Positions 26,254-35,571 of a stretch of 64,000 nt of DNA are shown piece by piece. Numbering within the stretch: the first letter of the stretch is position 1; the number at the start of each line of letters is the position of its first letter. A program made the position numbers and the translations under genes. The stretch is from Acutalibacteraceae bacterium (lineage in GTDB: Bacteria > Bacillota > Clostridia > Oscillospirales > Acutalibacteraceae): assembly GCA_036310925.1 (NCBI GenBank), contig JAXJQX010000017.1, positions 216 through 64,215 on the forward strand. Reading direction: 5' to 3'. The notes under the pieces were generated by a model, which was given only the letters and a program-made list of their open reading frames with translations, was not told where the DNA came from and searched no databases.

Positions 26254-27525
26254 ATGGCGAGTTATAGGCAAATGGCAAAAAATGAACTTGAAACCGAGTT
26301 TAAAAAGGTTCAAAGCGATTACGAAGATTTAAAATCGCTCAATTTGTCACTTGATATGTCCCGCGGCAAACCGGGATTTGAAAATATGGATATGTGCGAA
26401 GAAATGTTTTCTTCGGTTGATGGGGAAAAAGGTTTTAAAGATTCTGCAGGAACAGATGTCCGTAACTACGGCGGTATGGACGGTATTCCCGAAATGAAAA
26501 AACTTTTTGCGGAAATTTTGGAATTAGAACCTTCGCAAATTATCGTAGGGGGAAACTCCTCACTTACTATGATGTTTGATACCGTCGCACAGGGTATGAC
26601 CCACGGTATGGGGGATAAACCGTGGGCAGAATGTAAAAACCGCAAGTTTTTGTGTCCCGTTCCGGGGTATGACCGTCACTTTGCCATTACCGAATATTTC
26701 GGTTTTGAACTTATAAGCGTTCCTATGAATGATGACGGCCCCGATATGGACAAGGTGGAAGAACTTGTAAAAGACCCAAGCGTTAAGGGTATTTGGTGTG
26801 TGCCGAAATATTCCAACCCCCAGGGCTTTACTTACAGCGATGAAACGGTTAAGCGTATGGCAAACCTTAAACCCGCCGCAAAGGATTTTCGCATTTTTTG
26901 GGATAATGCCTATGTGGTTCACGATTTGTACCCGGACGGCGATAAACTTTTAAACATTTACACCGAATGTGAAAAAGCCGGCAATCCCGATTTACCTATT
27001 ATTTTCACTTCAACTTCTAAAATCACCTTCCCCGGTGCCGGCGTAGCAGCCGAAGCGGCGAGTGAAAGGAATATTGCAATTTTAAAAAGCCGTCTTAAAT
27101 ATCAAACCATAGGTCCCGATAAAATCAACCAATTAAGACACGCAAGAATGTTTGCCGACCTTAACGATATTAAGGCGCATATGCAAAAATTGGCGGACAA
27201 TTTACGCCCTAAATTTGAAACCGTAATTTCGGTTATGAAAACCGAACTCGGCGGCAAAGAAATTGCAAACTGGACCGAACCCAAAGGCGGATATTTTATC
27301 AGTCTTGACGTAATGGAAGGTACTGCAAAACGGGTTGAGGCACTTTGCAAACAGGCGGGTATGATTTTAACCACCGTCGGCGCCACACATCCTTACGGAA
27401 ATGACCCGAAAGATACTAACATTCGCATAGCACCCTCTTTCCCATCGGTGGAGGATATTGAAAAAGCGTCTAAACTGCTTTGCACCGCAGTAAAATACGC
27501 CGCACTTGAAGCGTTGCTAAACTAA
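26254..27525 (+). CDS. PLP-dependent aminotransferase (aspartate-aminotransferase-like, class I/II fold)
   Basis: SLDMSRGKPGFE, NYGG.DGIPE.K, CVPKYSNPQG, STSKITFPGAG (PLP-Lys region). Confidence 0.8.
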   Translation: MASYRQMAKNELETEFKKVQSDYEDLKSLNLSLDMSRGKPGFENMDMCEEMFSSVDGEKGFKDSAGTDVRNYGGMDGIPEMKKLFAEILELEPSQIIVGGNSSLTMMFDTVAQGMTHGMGDKPWAECKNRKFLCPVPGYDRHFAITEYFGFELISVPMNDDGPDMDKVEELVKDPSVKGIWCVPKYSNPQGFTYSDETVKRMANLKPAAKDFRIFWDNAYVVHDLYPDGDKLLNIYTECEKAGNPDLPIIFTSTSKITFPGAGVAAEAASERNIAILKSRLKYQTIGPDKINQLRHARMFADLNDIKAHMQKLADNLRPKFETVISVMKTELGGKEIANWTEPKGGYFISLDVMEGTAKRVEALCKQAGMILTTVGATHPYGNDPKDTNIRIAPSFPSVEDIEKASKLLCTAVKYAALEALLN

Positions 27526-27535
27526 TTTTTCATAA

Positions 27536-27564
27536 TTGACTTATGGAAATTAGTTTAGTATAAT
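27536..27564 (+). promoter_or_regulatory. secDF promoter
   Basis: TTGACT (27536-27541), 17 nt, TATAAT (27559-27564). Confidence 0.7.
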
Positions 27565-27598
27565 GTATTAGTAATTACATATATTGGAGGATTTGCCA

Positions 27599-28975
27599 AT
27601 GAAGGCCCAAAGCAAAGGCAAGTTGGTGTTCGTGCTGGTTTTTGTTTTGATTTTAGCGTTAGCATATACCGCTTTTTTCGGAATTGATAACTACTACGGC
27701 GATACCAGAAAGATTTACTTTAAAGGCGCTAACGATATTCGTTGGGGTATTGACATTAAGGGCGGTGTAGAAGCGGTTTTCTCACCCGATAAACAGGATG
27801 TTGAAATTACCGATGCCGATATGGATTCGGCAAAGGCAATTATTGAAACCCGACTTGTAAACAACAACATTACCGACTATGAAGTTTACGCCGACAATAA
27901 CAACAAACAAATTATCGTTCGTTTCCCCTGGGCTGCCGACGAAAGCGATTTTGACGCCGCCGCAGCAGTACAGGAATTAGGCGAAACGGCACTTTTAAAG
28001 TTCTGCCGTAACGAGGATAAGGACGATGTTATTTTAAGCGGTGCGGCTGATATTAAATCCGCACAACCCGGTCTTGACGAGGATAACAACTACGTGGTTT
28101 ACTTAAACTTCACAGATGCGGGTACTGCTAAATTTGCCGAGGCAACCAAAGAAATGCTTAATAAAACCATTTCTATTTGGATGGACGACCAGGAAATTTC
28201 CGCTCCTACCGTAAACAGCGTTATTACTAACGGTAACGCCTACATAAACGGTATGAAAGATGCCGAAGAAGCCAAAGCATTGGCGGATAAGATTAACGCC
28301 GGTTCGCTTCCGTTTGCATTAACGGTTGATGACAGCAAACTTCAAATAGTATCTCCCACTTTAGGCGCAGATGCACTTAAGGTAATGCTTATTGCCGGCT
28401 CGGTTGCTTTTGCACTTATCTGCTTACTTATGATACTTCGCTACCGTCTTAACGGTGTTATTACCTCTATTGCGCTTTTAGGTCAGTTAGCCGGCTCTAT
28501 TGCCTGCATTTCGGGTTATTTTGCCAATGCTAACAGTTTCACCTTAACTATCCCCGGTATTGCCGGTATTATCCTTTCTATCGGTGTGGGTGTTGACTGT
28601 AACGTAATTGCGTCCGAACGTATTCGTGACGAATTTGCAAAGGGTAAAACCATTGACGGTGCTATCCAGTCGGGTTATAAAAACGCTTTAAGCGCTATTA
28701 TTGACGGTAACGTAACCATTGTTATTGTGTCTTTGGTGCTTATGGGTGCATTCGGCACGCCGGACAGTATTATGGCCAAAATTTTCTCACCCTTAATGTC
28801 CCTTTTCGGAACATCAATTACCGGCTCTATTTATTCTTTCGGTTACACACTTTTAATAGGTGTGGTATTCAACCTTATTATGGGCGTTATTGCTTCCCGT
28901 TTAATGTTAAAGGGCGTTTCGCAATTTAAGTTCCTTAGAAAACCCTGGCTTTACGGAGGTAATAAAAATGCGTGA
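27599..28975 (+). CDS. secD: Protein translocase subunit SecD
   Basis: N-terminal TM segment, periplasmic-type domain, C-terminal 5-TM block with GIAG.ILSIG..VD.NV. Start moved to the ATG behind GGAGG. Confidence 0.9.
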   Translation: MKAQSKGKLVFVLVFVLILALAYTAFFGIDNYYGDTRKIYFKGANDIRWGIDIKGGVEAVFSPDKQDVEITDADMDSAKAIIETRLVNNNITDYEVYADNNNKQIIVRFPWAADESDFDAAAAVQELGETALLKFCRNEDKDDVILSGAADIKSAQPGLDEDNNYVVYLNFTDAGTAKFAEATKEMLNKTISIWMDDQEISAPTVNSVITNGNAYINGMKDAEEAKALADKINAGSLPFALTVDDSKLQIVSPTLGADALKVMLIAGSVAFALICLLMILRYRLNGVITSIALLGQLAGSIACISGYFANANSFTLTIPGIAGIILSIGVGVDCNVIASERIRDEFAKGKTIDGAIQSGYKNALSAIIDGNVTIVIVSLVLMGAFGTPDSIMAKIFSPLMSLFGTSITGSIYSFGYTLLIGVVFNLIMGVIASRLMLKGVSQFKFLRKPWLYGGNKNA

Positions 28976-29894
28976 GTTTAAATTAGATTTCAACAAATTA
29001 CTTCCCAAAGTGCTTATCGGTTATCTTACACTTTTCCTTATCGGAACTGTTGTGGCTATCGTGTTCGGTGTTAAACTGGATATCAACTTTTCGGGCGGTA
29101 CTAAAATTGCTTATTCCTACACCGGTGATATAGAGGAAGAAGATATTAAGCCGGTAATAGACGAAAACTTAACCAAAAGTTACACATTAACCAAAAGTAC
29201 CTCTTTAGCGGGGGATACCAAAACTTTTGAAATTGCTCTGTCGGGCAAAAATGCCGCTTCGGCAAAATCACAGGAAAATTTAACCAAAGCGCTCGCCGAA
29301 AAATTTAAGGATCAAAAAATCGAACTTTACAATTCAAACTCGGTAAGTCCTACCATTGCCGGCTCGTTCTTTGCAAAAAGTTTGGTTGCGGTGCTTATTA
29401 CCGCCGTTTTGGTTGTAATTTATGTCGGTTTGCGTTTTAGAAAAATCGGCGGTGTTTCGGCGGCAATTACCGCACTTTGCGCATTGCTGTTTGACGTTTT
29501 GGTTACCTTCTTTGTTTGCGTAATCTTCCGCTTCCAAATTGACGCTAACTATATTGCGGTTGTGCTTACAATATTCGGTTATTCGCTTAACGATACCATA
29601 GTTACCTACGACCGTATCCGTGAAAACGAAAAGTTCAATCCCGATATGGAAATAGGTCAACTTGTTAATATGAGCGTTAATAAGGTTATGATAAGAAATA
29701 TTGTAACCACCGTTACAACAATTCTTGCGGTTGTTACCATTATCGCAGTAGCCGAAATTTACGGTCTTACAAGTCTTCGTACATTTGCAATTCCCATGGC
29801 GTTCGGTCTTTTATCGGGTACGGTTTCGTCCCTGTTTATTGCCTCTCCGCTTTGGGTTGTTTGGAAAAGACATAAGCAAAACAAATCGAAATAA
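28968..29894 (+). CDS. secF: Protein translocase subunit SecF
   Basis: DFSGGT, LGYSLNDTIV.YDRIREN. Overlaps the secD stop. Confidence 0.9.
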   Translation: MREFKLDFNKLLPKVLIGYLTLFLIGTVVAIVFGVKLDINFSGGTKIAYSYTGDIEEEDIKPVIDENLTKSYTLTKSTSLAGDTKTFEIALSGKNAASAKSQENLTKALAEKFKDQKIELYNSNSVSPTIAGSFFAKSLVAVLITAVLVVIYVGLRFRKIGGVSAAITALCALLFDVLVTFFVCVIFRFQIDANYIAVVLTIFGYSLNDTIVTYDRIRENEKFNPDMEIGQLVNMSVNKVMIRNIVTTVTTILAVVTIIAVAEIYGLTSLRTFAIPMAFGLLSGTVSSLFIASPLWVVWKRHKQNKSK

Positions 29895-29906
29895 TTTATT
29901 AAAAAT

Positions 29907-29943
29907 ACCCCCCTTTAGGCAAAGCCCTAAGGGGGTTATTTTG
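29907..29943 (+). terminator. Terminator after secF
   Basis: CCCCCCTTTAGG-CAAAG-CCCTAAGGGGG followed by TTATTTT. Confidence 0.7.
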
Positions 29944-29956
29944 TAGAAAAAGATAT

Positions 29957-31288
29957 TTATTTACGTTCTCTTTTATTATACGGAATGTATTTAACCCTGC
30001 GTTTTTTAAAATGTGCGTAGTTTAGTTTAATGAAAAGAATTATAAACACCAAAACCACTATTGCAATAACGGCGTAAAACAGTTTCATATAAATGCTTGT
30101 AAAGAAATTTTTAACTGCTGTTGCAAATATCAGCAAACCGCTGGCTTTAATGTCACTTCCCGCAACTAAATCCACCGTACCTATAACCTTTTCGGCATAG
30201 GTGATTTCCGCTTTGCCCAAAACATCACCCTTTTTAATGGGTGCTTTTGCGGTTTTTGAATTAAATTTTGTGGTTACCACAACGGTGGAATCATCGGCAT
30301 CGTTTGGCAAAATTGCTTTAAACGGCTCTTTAAAATAGAGGGGAACAAAATCGGTTTCAAGCGAATATTCAAGCGGAATTTCACAAACCGGCTCGTTCGA
30401 CTTTGCAATTTCTTTAAAGGAAAAATTGCTGAATGCCCAACGGTACAATTCACGGCTTTCTTCAAATTCGTGGCGTTTGTTTAGGTCATTGGGGCAGTTC
30501 ATAAGTATACACATATAATTGTATCCGTTAAGCGATGCGGTACTTACAAGGCATCGTCCCGCCGCTTCGGTATAACCGGTTTTAACACCGCCTGCCGGTT
30601 TGTAGTAGTAGTTTGTGGTACGGTCAAGCAAAAAGTTTGTGGTGGAAAGGGTGCGTGTAGTCCCTTTTGAGGTTTGCACCTTGTAACGGTCTTTAGAAGT
30701 TACGGTTTTAAAAATGTCATACTGCAAAGCGTATTTTGTTAAGGTGTAAATGTCCCGCACGGTGGTGTAGGTTTCCTCCTCGTGAAGACCGACGGGGTTG
30801 GAATAGTGTGTGCCTTTAAGTCCCAATTCGTCGGCTTTTTTGTTCATCATATCAACAAAATTATCAACCGAACCACCGAAAATTTCGGCTGCCAAATAGG
30901 TAATATCCCCGTAAGAAGAAACCAGCACCATATAAAGCATATCAAGTTGGGTAAATTCCTCTCCCTCTTCCAAAAGCGAAACGGCAAGTCCCGTGCCAAG
31001 CACCATATCAAGTATATCTTTTGTAATGGTTACTTTAGCATCGGGATTCCATTTGTCGCTTTCTATTATAAGAAGCGCCGTCATAATTTTGGTGATAGAG
31101 GCAGGGTAAACCTTTTTGTCAATATTGTTTTGGTATAAAATTTCTCCCGTATCCAAAGATACAAGCATACCTGCCTTTGCGGTAATTTCAAAACTCGTAA
31201 CCTCGTAAGCCGAGGCGGTAATGGGCGTAAAAACGCAAAAACTTAAAATTAAAACCGCAAAAAATACGGAAAATATTCTTTTTAGCAT
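29957..31288 (-). CDS. D-alanyl-D-alanine carboxypeptidase (peptidase S11, PBP5/DacB-like)
   Basis: Signal peptide, SxxK as PASITKIMT, SSYG/YSN region, KTGYT, C-terminal TM anchor. Confidence 0.9.
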   Translation of the reverse strand: MLKRIFSVFFAVLILSFCVFTPITASAYEVTSFEITAKAGMLVSLDTGEILYQNNIDKKVYPASITKIMTALLIIESDKWNPDAKVTITKDILDMVLGTGLAVSLLEEGEEFTQLDMLYMVLVSSYGDITYLAAEIFGGSVDNFVDMMNKKADELGLKGTHYSNPVGLHEEETYTTVRDIYTLTKYALQYDIFKTVTSKDRYKVQTSKGTTRTLSTTNFLLDRTTNYYYKPAGGVKTGYTEAAGRCLVSTASLNGYNYMCILMNCPNDLNKRHEFEESRELYRWAFSNFSFKEIAKSNEPVCEIPLEYSLETDFVPLYFKEPFKAILPNDADDSTVVVTTKFNSKTAKAPIKKGDVLGKAEITYAEKVIGTVDLVAGSDIKASGLLIFATAVKNFFTSIYMKLFYAVIAIVVLVFIILFIKLNYAHFKKRRVKYIPYNKRERK

Positions 31289-31391
31289 AGAAATCTCCCT
31301 TGAAATGTTGTATAATAGATTTGTTATATAAACATTATATCATATATTTTTCTTTTTAAAAGCATTTTTTCAAAAAAAGGGGGCGGATATT

Positions 31392-32123
31392 TTGGTATAT
31401 GTAACGGGCGATATGCACGGCGAACTTGAACGGCTTTACGATAAAAACTTCAGAAAGTTAAAAAACGGCGATGTACTTATAGTTTGCGGGGATTTCGGTT
31501 ATATCTTTTCGGGCGATAAAACCGAAAAACAGGTTATAGATTACCTTGCAACCAGAAGATTTGTAACCGCATTTGTGGACGGCACGCACGATAATTTGGA
31601 TCGAATAAACCGTGCAAGAACCACCTATTGGCACGGCGGAATGGTTCATAGAATAAAGGGAAATTTAATACACTTAATGCGTGGGCAGATTTTTAAAATA
31701 GACGGCAACAGTTTCTTCACCTTCGGCGGGGGAGAGAGTACCGACAAGGATATGAGACGTGAACAGGGCAACTGGTGGAGTGACGAAGAACCCACCGCAC
31801 TTGAAATGGCAGAGGGTGCAAAAATTCTTGACGAAGCGGGTTGCGACGTGGATTATATTATTACCCACGAACCGCCGTCGCTTGTAAAAAGCGCTATGCT
31901 TTTAAGAAAGGGAAGTGCCGACCGGGTTAATAAACTTAACGGTTATTTGCAAGAAATAGGCAATTCCTGCAAGTTTAAACATTGGTACTTCGGTTCTTTG
32001 CATGAAGACCGACTTATAACTCCGCACCATACCTGCGTTTTCAGAAAAATGCTTGCCATAGAGCCGAAAAAAGACTTTTCGGAAGACGAGGATACATTTG
32101 ATGACGGATTTGTTTTAGATTAG
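31392..32123 (+). CDS. Metallophosphoesterase (calcineurin-like)
   Basis: VTGDMHG, VCGDFG, ..THDN, ITHEPP. TTG start behind AAGGGGG. Confidence 0.8.
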   Translation: MVYVTGDMHGELERLYDKNFRKLKNGDVLIVCGDFGYIFSGDKTEKQVIDYLATRRFVTAFVDGTHDNLDRINRARTTYWHGGMVHRIKGNLIHLMRGQIFKIDGNSFFTFGGGESTDKDMRREQGNWWSDEEPTALEMAEGAKILDEAGCDVDYIITHEPPSLVKSAMLLRKGSADRVNKLNGYLQEIGNSCKFKHWYFGSLHEDRLITPHHTCVFRKMLAIEPKKDFSEDEDTFDDGFVLD

Positions 32124-32175
32124 ACTTGACAAATATGTTATACTTAAAATAAAAATATATCTTCGGAGGACAGTT

Positions 32176-33879
32176 ATGTTAGATACCGAAAGAATTTGTA
32201 TGAACTGTATGAACGAAACTTCGGGCGAACAGGTTTGCCCTGTTTGCGGGTTTGACAGTGCTTCAAAAAATCCAAAAAATTGCCTGCCCATTAAAACCAT
32301 AATCGGCGGACGGTATGTTATAGGTAACGCCAAAGCCGTAAACGGTGAGGGTGTAACCTATATGGGTTATGACACCGTGACAGAGACTGCCGTAACAGTA
32401 AAGGAATATTTTCCGATTGGTATTGCGGTAAGAAATACCGATAATACCGTTTCAATTTCTGCCGGTAAGGAATATCCCTTTAACGAGGAACTTTTGGAAT
32501 TTATTGAAATAAACCAAAAATTGGGCGAACAAAACTTCCCCGCATTAGTTCCCGTTTTGGATGTTTTTGAAGAAAACGGCACGGCGTTTGCGGTTTCGCA
32601 GCATTTTATAAGCATTACTTTAAGGGACTTTTTGTCTCGCAACGGCGGAACCTTAAAATGGGAAAAGGTAAGGGCGTTGTTTTTACCCCTTATTGATACC
32701 GTTAAGGGTATGAACGATTTAGGCATTATTCATAAAGGCATTTCACCCGATACAATACTCGTAGGACGGGACGGACGTATCAGAATTTCCGACTATGCCA
32801 TAAATAAATTACGTGTTGCCAACGCCGATTTTGACACCCAACTGAACGACGGTTTTGCCGCAATAGAGCAATACGGAAAAGAATTTGCACCGGTGGATAA
32901 CAGCACCGATGTTTACGGTTTTTGTGCAACACTTTTTTATGTGTTGATAGGAACAACCGTGCCCAAAGCCACTTTGCGGCTTGAAAACGGTTCAATGTCT
33001 ATTCCTGCAAAATTTGCCGAAGAATTGCCAAGACACGTGCTTTCTGCACTTGCCAACGGTTTGCAGGTAGAGCCCAAGGACCGTACCAAAAATATGGAAA
33101 CCTTTAAAAACGAATTGGTTTACGGCGAAATTTCAGAGGTGACAAAGCCCAAAAAAGCCGCTGAAAAAACAGTGGGCAAACCGAAAAAGACCGAAAAGAA
33201 GAAAAAGTCCGCTTCTAACGCTAAATATGCGGTTATTTCGGCATTGTCTACCGCAGCGGTATTTTTGGTAATTTTCGGCATATTGTCGCTTACCGTGTTT
33301 AAGGATGCCATTTTCGGCACTCCCCAAAAACCAACCGAAAACATCTCCTCCACCGAAGCACCGGTTGTAGACAAAATAGGCACGGTTGATAAAGATGCGG
33401 TACAAACCGCAAAACTTTATTCCGTACCCGATTTAAAGGGTAAAACCTATTCGGAAATTTTGGAAACCGCAGAAGAATACGATAAATTCCAAATTGTTTT
33501 GGCAGATAAAGCATTTTCGGATACATACCCCGTCGGTACTGTTTGTGCCCAGTCTAAAGAGCCGAAAAGTCAGGTTGAAAAGGATACGGTTATTGAAATT
33601 ACTATTAGTTTAGGCGCAAAAGAGGTTGAAATCGCAAGCGTGAAAGGGCTTGACGAACAATCGGCAAAACTTGAACTTTTAAAACAGGGCTTCCTTTATA
33701 ACAACATAGAGGTTAATGAAAAGTATGACGAAGACGCTAAACCCGGTGTGGTTTTGGATCAAGAACCCAAAGCCAAAACAAAGGTTAGCCGTGATGTTAA
33801 GGTGCAAATTTTCATAAATACATACACGGGCGAAGAAAAAACAGATAACACAAGTTCTCTCTCAAAGGAAAATCAGTAA
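32176..33879 (+). CDS. Zinc-ribbon / protein-kinase-like (predicted catalytically dead) / TM / PASTA-repeat protein
   Basis: CMNC..13 residues..CPVC; kinase fold with HKG (32731-32739) in place of HRD and SDY (32788-32796) in place of DFG; Lys-rich linker; one TM segment; two PASTA-like units (VPDLKGKTYSE.., VKGLDEQSAKLEL..). Confidence 0.8.
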   Translation: MLDTERICMNCMNETSGEQVCPVCGFDSASKNPKNCLPIKTIIGGRYVIGNAKAVNGEGVTYMGYDTVTETAVTVKEYFPIGIAVRNTDNTVSISAGKEYPFNEELLEFIEINQKLGEQNFPALVPVLDVFEENGTAFAVSQHFISITLRDFLSRNGGTLKWEKVRALFLPLIDTVKGMNDLGIIHKGISPDTILVGRDGRIRISDYAINKLRVANADFDTQLNDGFAAIEQYGKEFAPVDNSTDVYGFCATLFYVLIGTTVPKATLRLENGSMSIPAKFAEELPRHVLSALANGLQVEPKDRTKNMETFKNELVYGEISEVTKPKKAAEKTVGKPKKTEKKKKSASNAKYAVISALSTAAVFLVIFGILSLTVFKDAIFGTPQKPTENISSTEAPVVDKIGTVDKDAVQTAKLYSVPDLKGKTYSEILETAEEYDKFQIVLADKAFSDTYPVGTVCAQSKEPKSQVEKDTVIEITISLGAKEVEIASVKGLDEQSAKLELLKQGFLYNNIEVNEKYDEDAKPGVVLDQEPKAKTKVSRDVKVQIFINTYTGEEKTDNTSSLSKENQ

Positions 33880-33919
33880 AATTCGTTACGATACAAAAGA
33901 TAGGTAGTAGAAAGAATAG

Positions 33920-33995
33920 AAAAAACAACTCAAATGAGCAAATATGTAAAGTAATTAGACCGAGCATCGGCGCAAATGAGTTGTTTTTTCATTTT
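33920..33995 (+). terminator. Long-loop inverted repeat plus T-run (possible terminator)
   Basis: AAAAAACAACTCA (33920-33932) pairs with TGAGTTGTTTTTT (33977-33989). 44-nt loop, followed by CATTTTT. Confidence 0.4.
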
Positions 33996-34008
33996 TAATT
34001 AAAATATC

Positions 34009-34037
34009 TTGACTTTTAGGACTTATAGGGTTATAAT
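34009..34037 (+). promoter_or_regulatory. Promoter of tRNA-Pro
   Basis: TTGACT (34009-34014), 17 nt, TATAAT (34032-34037), about 100 nt upstream of the tRNA. Confidence 0.7.
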
Positions 34038-34140
34038 TATTAAGCATTTGTTGCGGATTGTGTGTTGTTCAAATAGTAAGCGGAGTAGCAGCGCGAAAAG
34101 ACAGCAGAAAAGAAAGTTAATAACAAATTTAATTTAATAA

Positions 34141-34217
34141 CGAGGTGTGGCTCAGTTTGGTAGAGCGCTGCGTTCGGGACGCAGAGGCCGCAGGTTCAAG
34201 TCCTGTCACCTCGACCA
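34141..34217 (+). tRNA. tRNA-Pro (anticodon CGG), CCA encoded
   Basis: Acceptor CGAGGTG/CACCTCG, D-arm GCTC-AGTTTGGTA-GAGC, anticodon stem CTGCG/CGCAG with loop TTCGGGA, T-arm GCAGG-TTCAAGT-CCTGT, then A plus CCA. Confidence 0.9.
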
Positions 34218-34246
34218 TAATTCCTGTTCAATAGGGAACTGGACGT

Positions 34247-34274
34247 GAAAACCCTTGATTTTTCAAGGGTTTTC
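34247..34274 (+). terminator. Terminator after tRNA-Pro
   Basis: Perfect 12-bp stem GAAAACCCTTGA / TCAAGGGTTTTC with a TTTT loop. Confidence 0.75.
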
Positions 34275-34474
34275 AGCGTTTTATAGAGAAAATTAGAATT
34301 GTTACTTTCAGGGTAATTTTTCATCAATATTTTCGGTATAACCGGACTTGAACCTACAACTAATACCGAAAAAGAATAAAACATCGTATTAAAAACCGAG
34401 ATTTTCTTTACAAAAATTATTTGTAATGGGGATCCGGTTTTTTTCTGTGCCGGAAGCCCCGAAAGGAGCTAAAA

Positions 34475-35371
34475 ATGGAAGAAAAAATCAACAGCGGTGT
34501 TACAAGGATCGGAGAAACTGACATTAGACTGAATTTAATAGACAGTTTCCCAAATCACCCATACCATGTATTTGATGATGAAGACATGACGGAATTGACC
34601 GCCAGCATTGAGGCTAACGGTCTGCTTAATCCCGTAATTGTGCGCAGCAAAGCTGATGGTCGGTATGAATTGATTTCCGGTCACCGCAGAAAAAGGGCAT
34701 ATGAAATTTTAAAAATTAAAATAATTCGAGCTATTATAGTTGATGTAAGTGATGATGAAGCAATCATCATGATGGTAGATAGTAACTGTCAACGTTCAAA
34801 AATACTGCCAAGCGAAAAAGCTTTCTCATATAAAATGAAATTGGAAGCTATTAAAAGGCAGGGAAGGCGCAATGATTTAACTTGTGCTCAACTTGAGCAC
34901 AAGTCGAAAAAGTCCAGGGAAATTGTTGGTGAGCAAATCGGAGAAAGTGCTGCACAAGTTGCACGATATATCCGTTTAACTGAACTTATTCCTGAACTAC
35001 TTGATTTTGTAGATAAAGGCAGGATGAAAATGCAGCCTGCTGTAGAACTCTCTTATTTGGACGAAGAGAGTCAGAGGGACTTGGTTGATATTATAGACGG
35101 TACAGAAGTATTTCCGTCATTTTCACAAACTGTTAGAATGAGAAAAGCATTCAAGGACGGTGAGCTTACATATGAACTTGTGGAAAAGATTATGGCCGAG
35201 GATAAAGCAAATCAAATGCCGAAGTATCGCTTTTCGGTCGAAAGGCTTGGTAAATATATGCCTGCCGATTTAAACGATAAACAGGCAGAGGAATATGTCT
35301 TAAACGCACTTTCTTATTATAAAAAGCATCTTGACCGTAAAGCACGTAAGGAAATTGATAAAAAGCAATAA
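34475..35371 (+). CDS. ParB/Srx-fold N-terminal domain protein (orphan ParB-like, mobile-element type)
   Basis: L..NP.HP..V..D..M.EL..SI...G.L.P..VR....G.YE.ISGHRRKRA (ParB box with GxRR). RBS AAAGGAG. No parA partner nearby. Confidence 0.82.
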   Translation: MEEKINSGVTRIGETDIRLNLIDSFPNHPYHVFDDEDMTELTASIEANGLLNPVIVRSKADGRYELISGHRRKRAYEILKIKIIRAIIVDVSDDEAIIMMVDSNCQRSKILPSEKAFSYKMKLEAIKRQGRRNDLTCAQLEHKSKKSREIVGEQIGESAAQVARYIRLTELIPELLDFVDKGRMKMQPAVELSYLDEESQRDLVDIIDGTEVFPSFSQTVRMRKAFKDGELTYELVEKIMAEDKANQMPKYRFSVERLGKYMPADLNDKQAEEYVLNALSYYKKHLDRKARKEIDKKQ

Positions 35372-35571
35372 TTTAGCAAGCCTTTTGTCCACGCGCAAGA
35401 GGAGGCCCGCTCGCATATGGTAAGCTAACTCAATTTATTCCTCTTTAGTCAGTGCAGGGTAGTCACACACTTCTCGTATTTTTTGCACCTTTTTTCAGTA
35501 GTTTCGCGGTAAATTTTCCGAAATGCCACCTGAAGCATACCAAGGGTTGTCGCAAGTAAATATCAGCCTAT

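Noticed and set aside
34335-34372. tRNA-like fragment (reverse complement contains AGGTTCAAGTCC, identical to the T-arm of the adjacent tRNA-Pro)
   Set aside because: The match is only 12 nt, in inverted orientation, with no acceptor stem or pairing T-stem. It is not usable as an att repeat.
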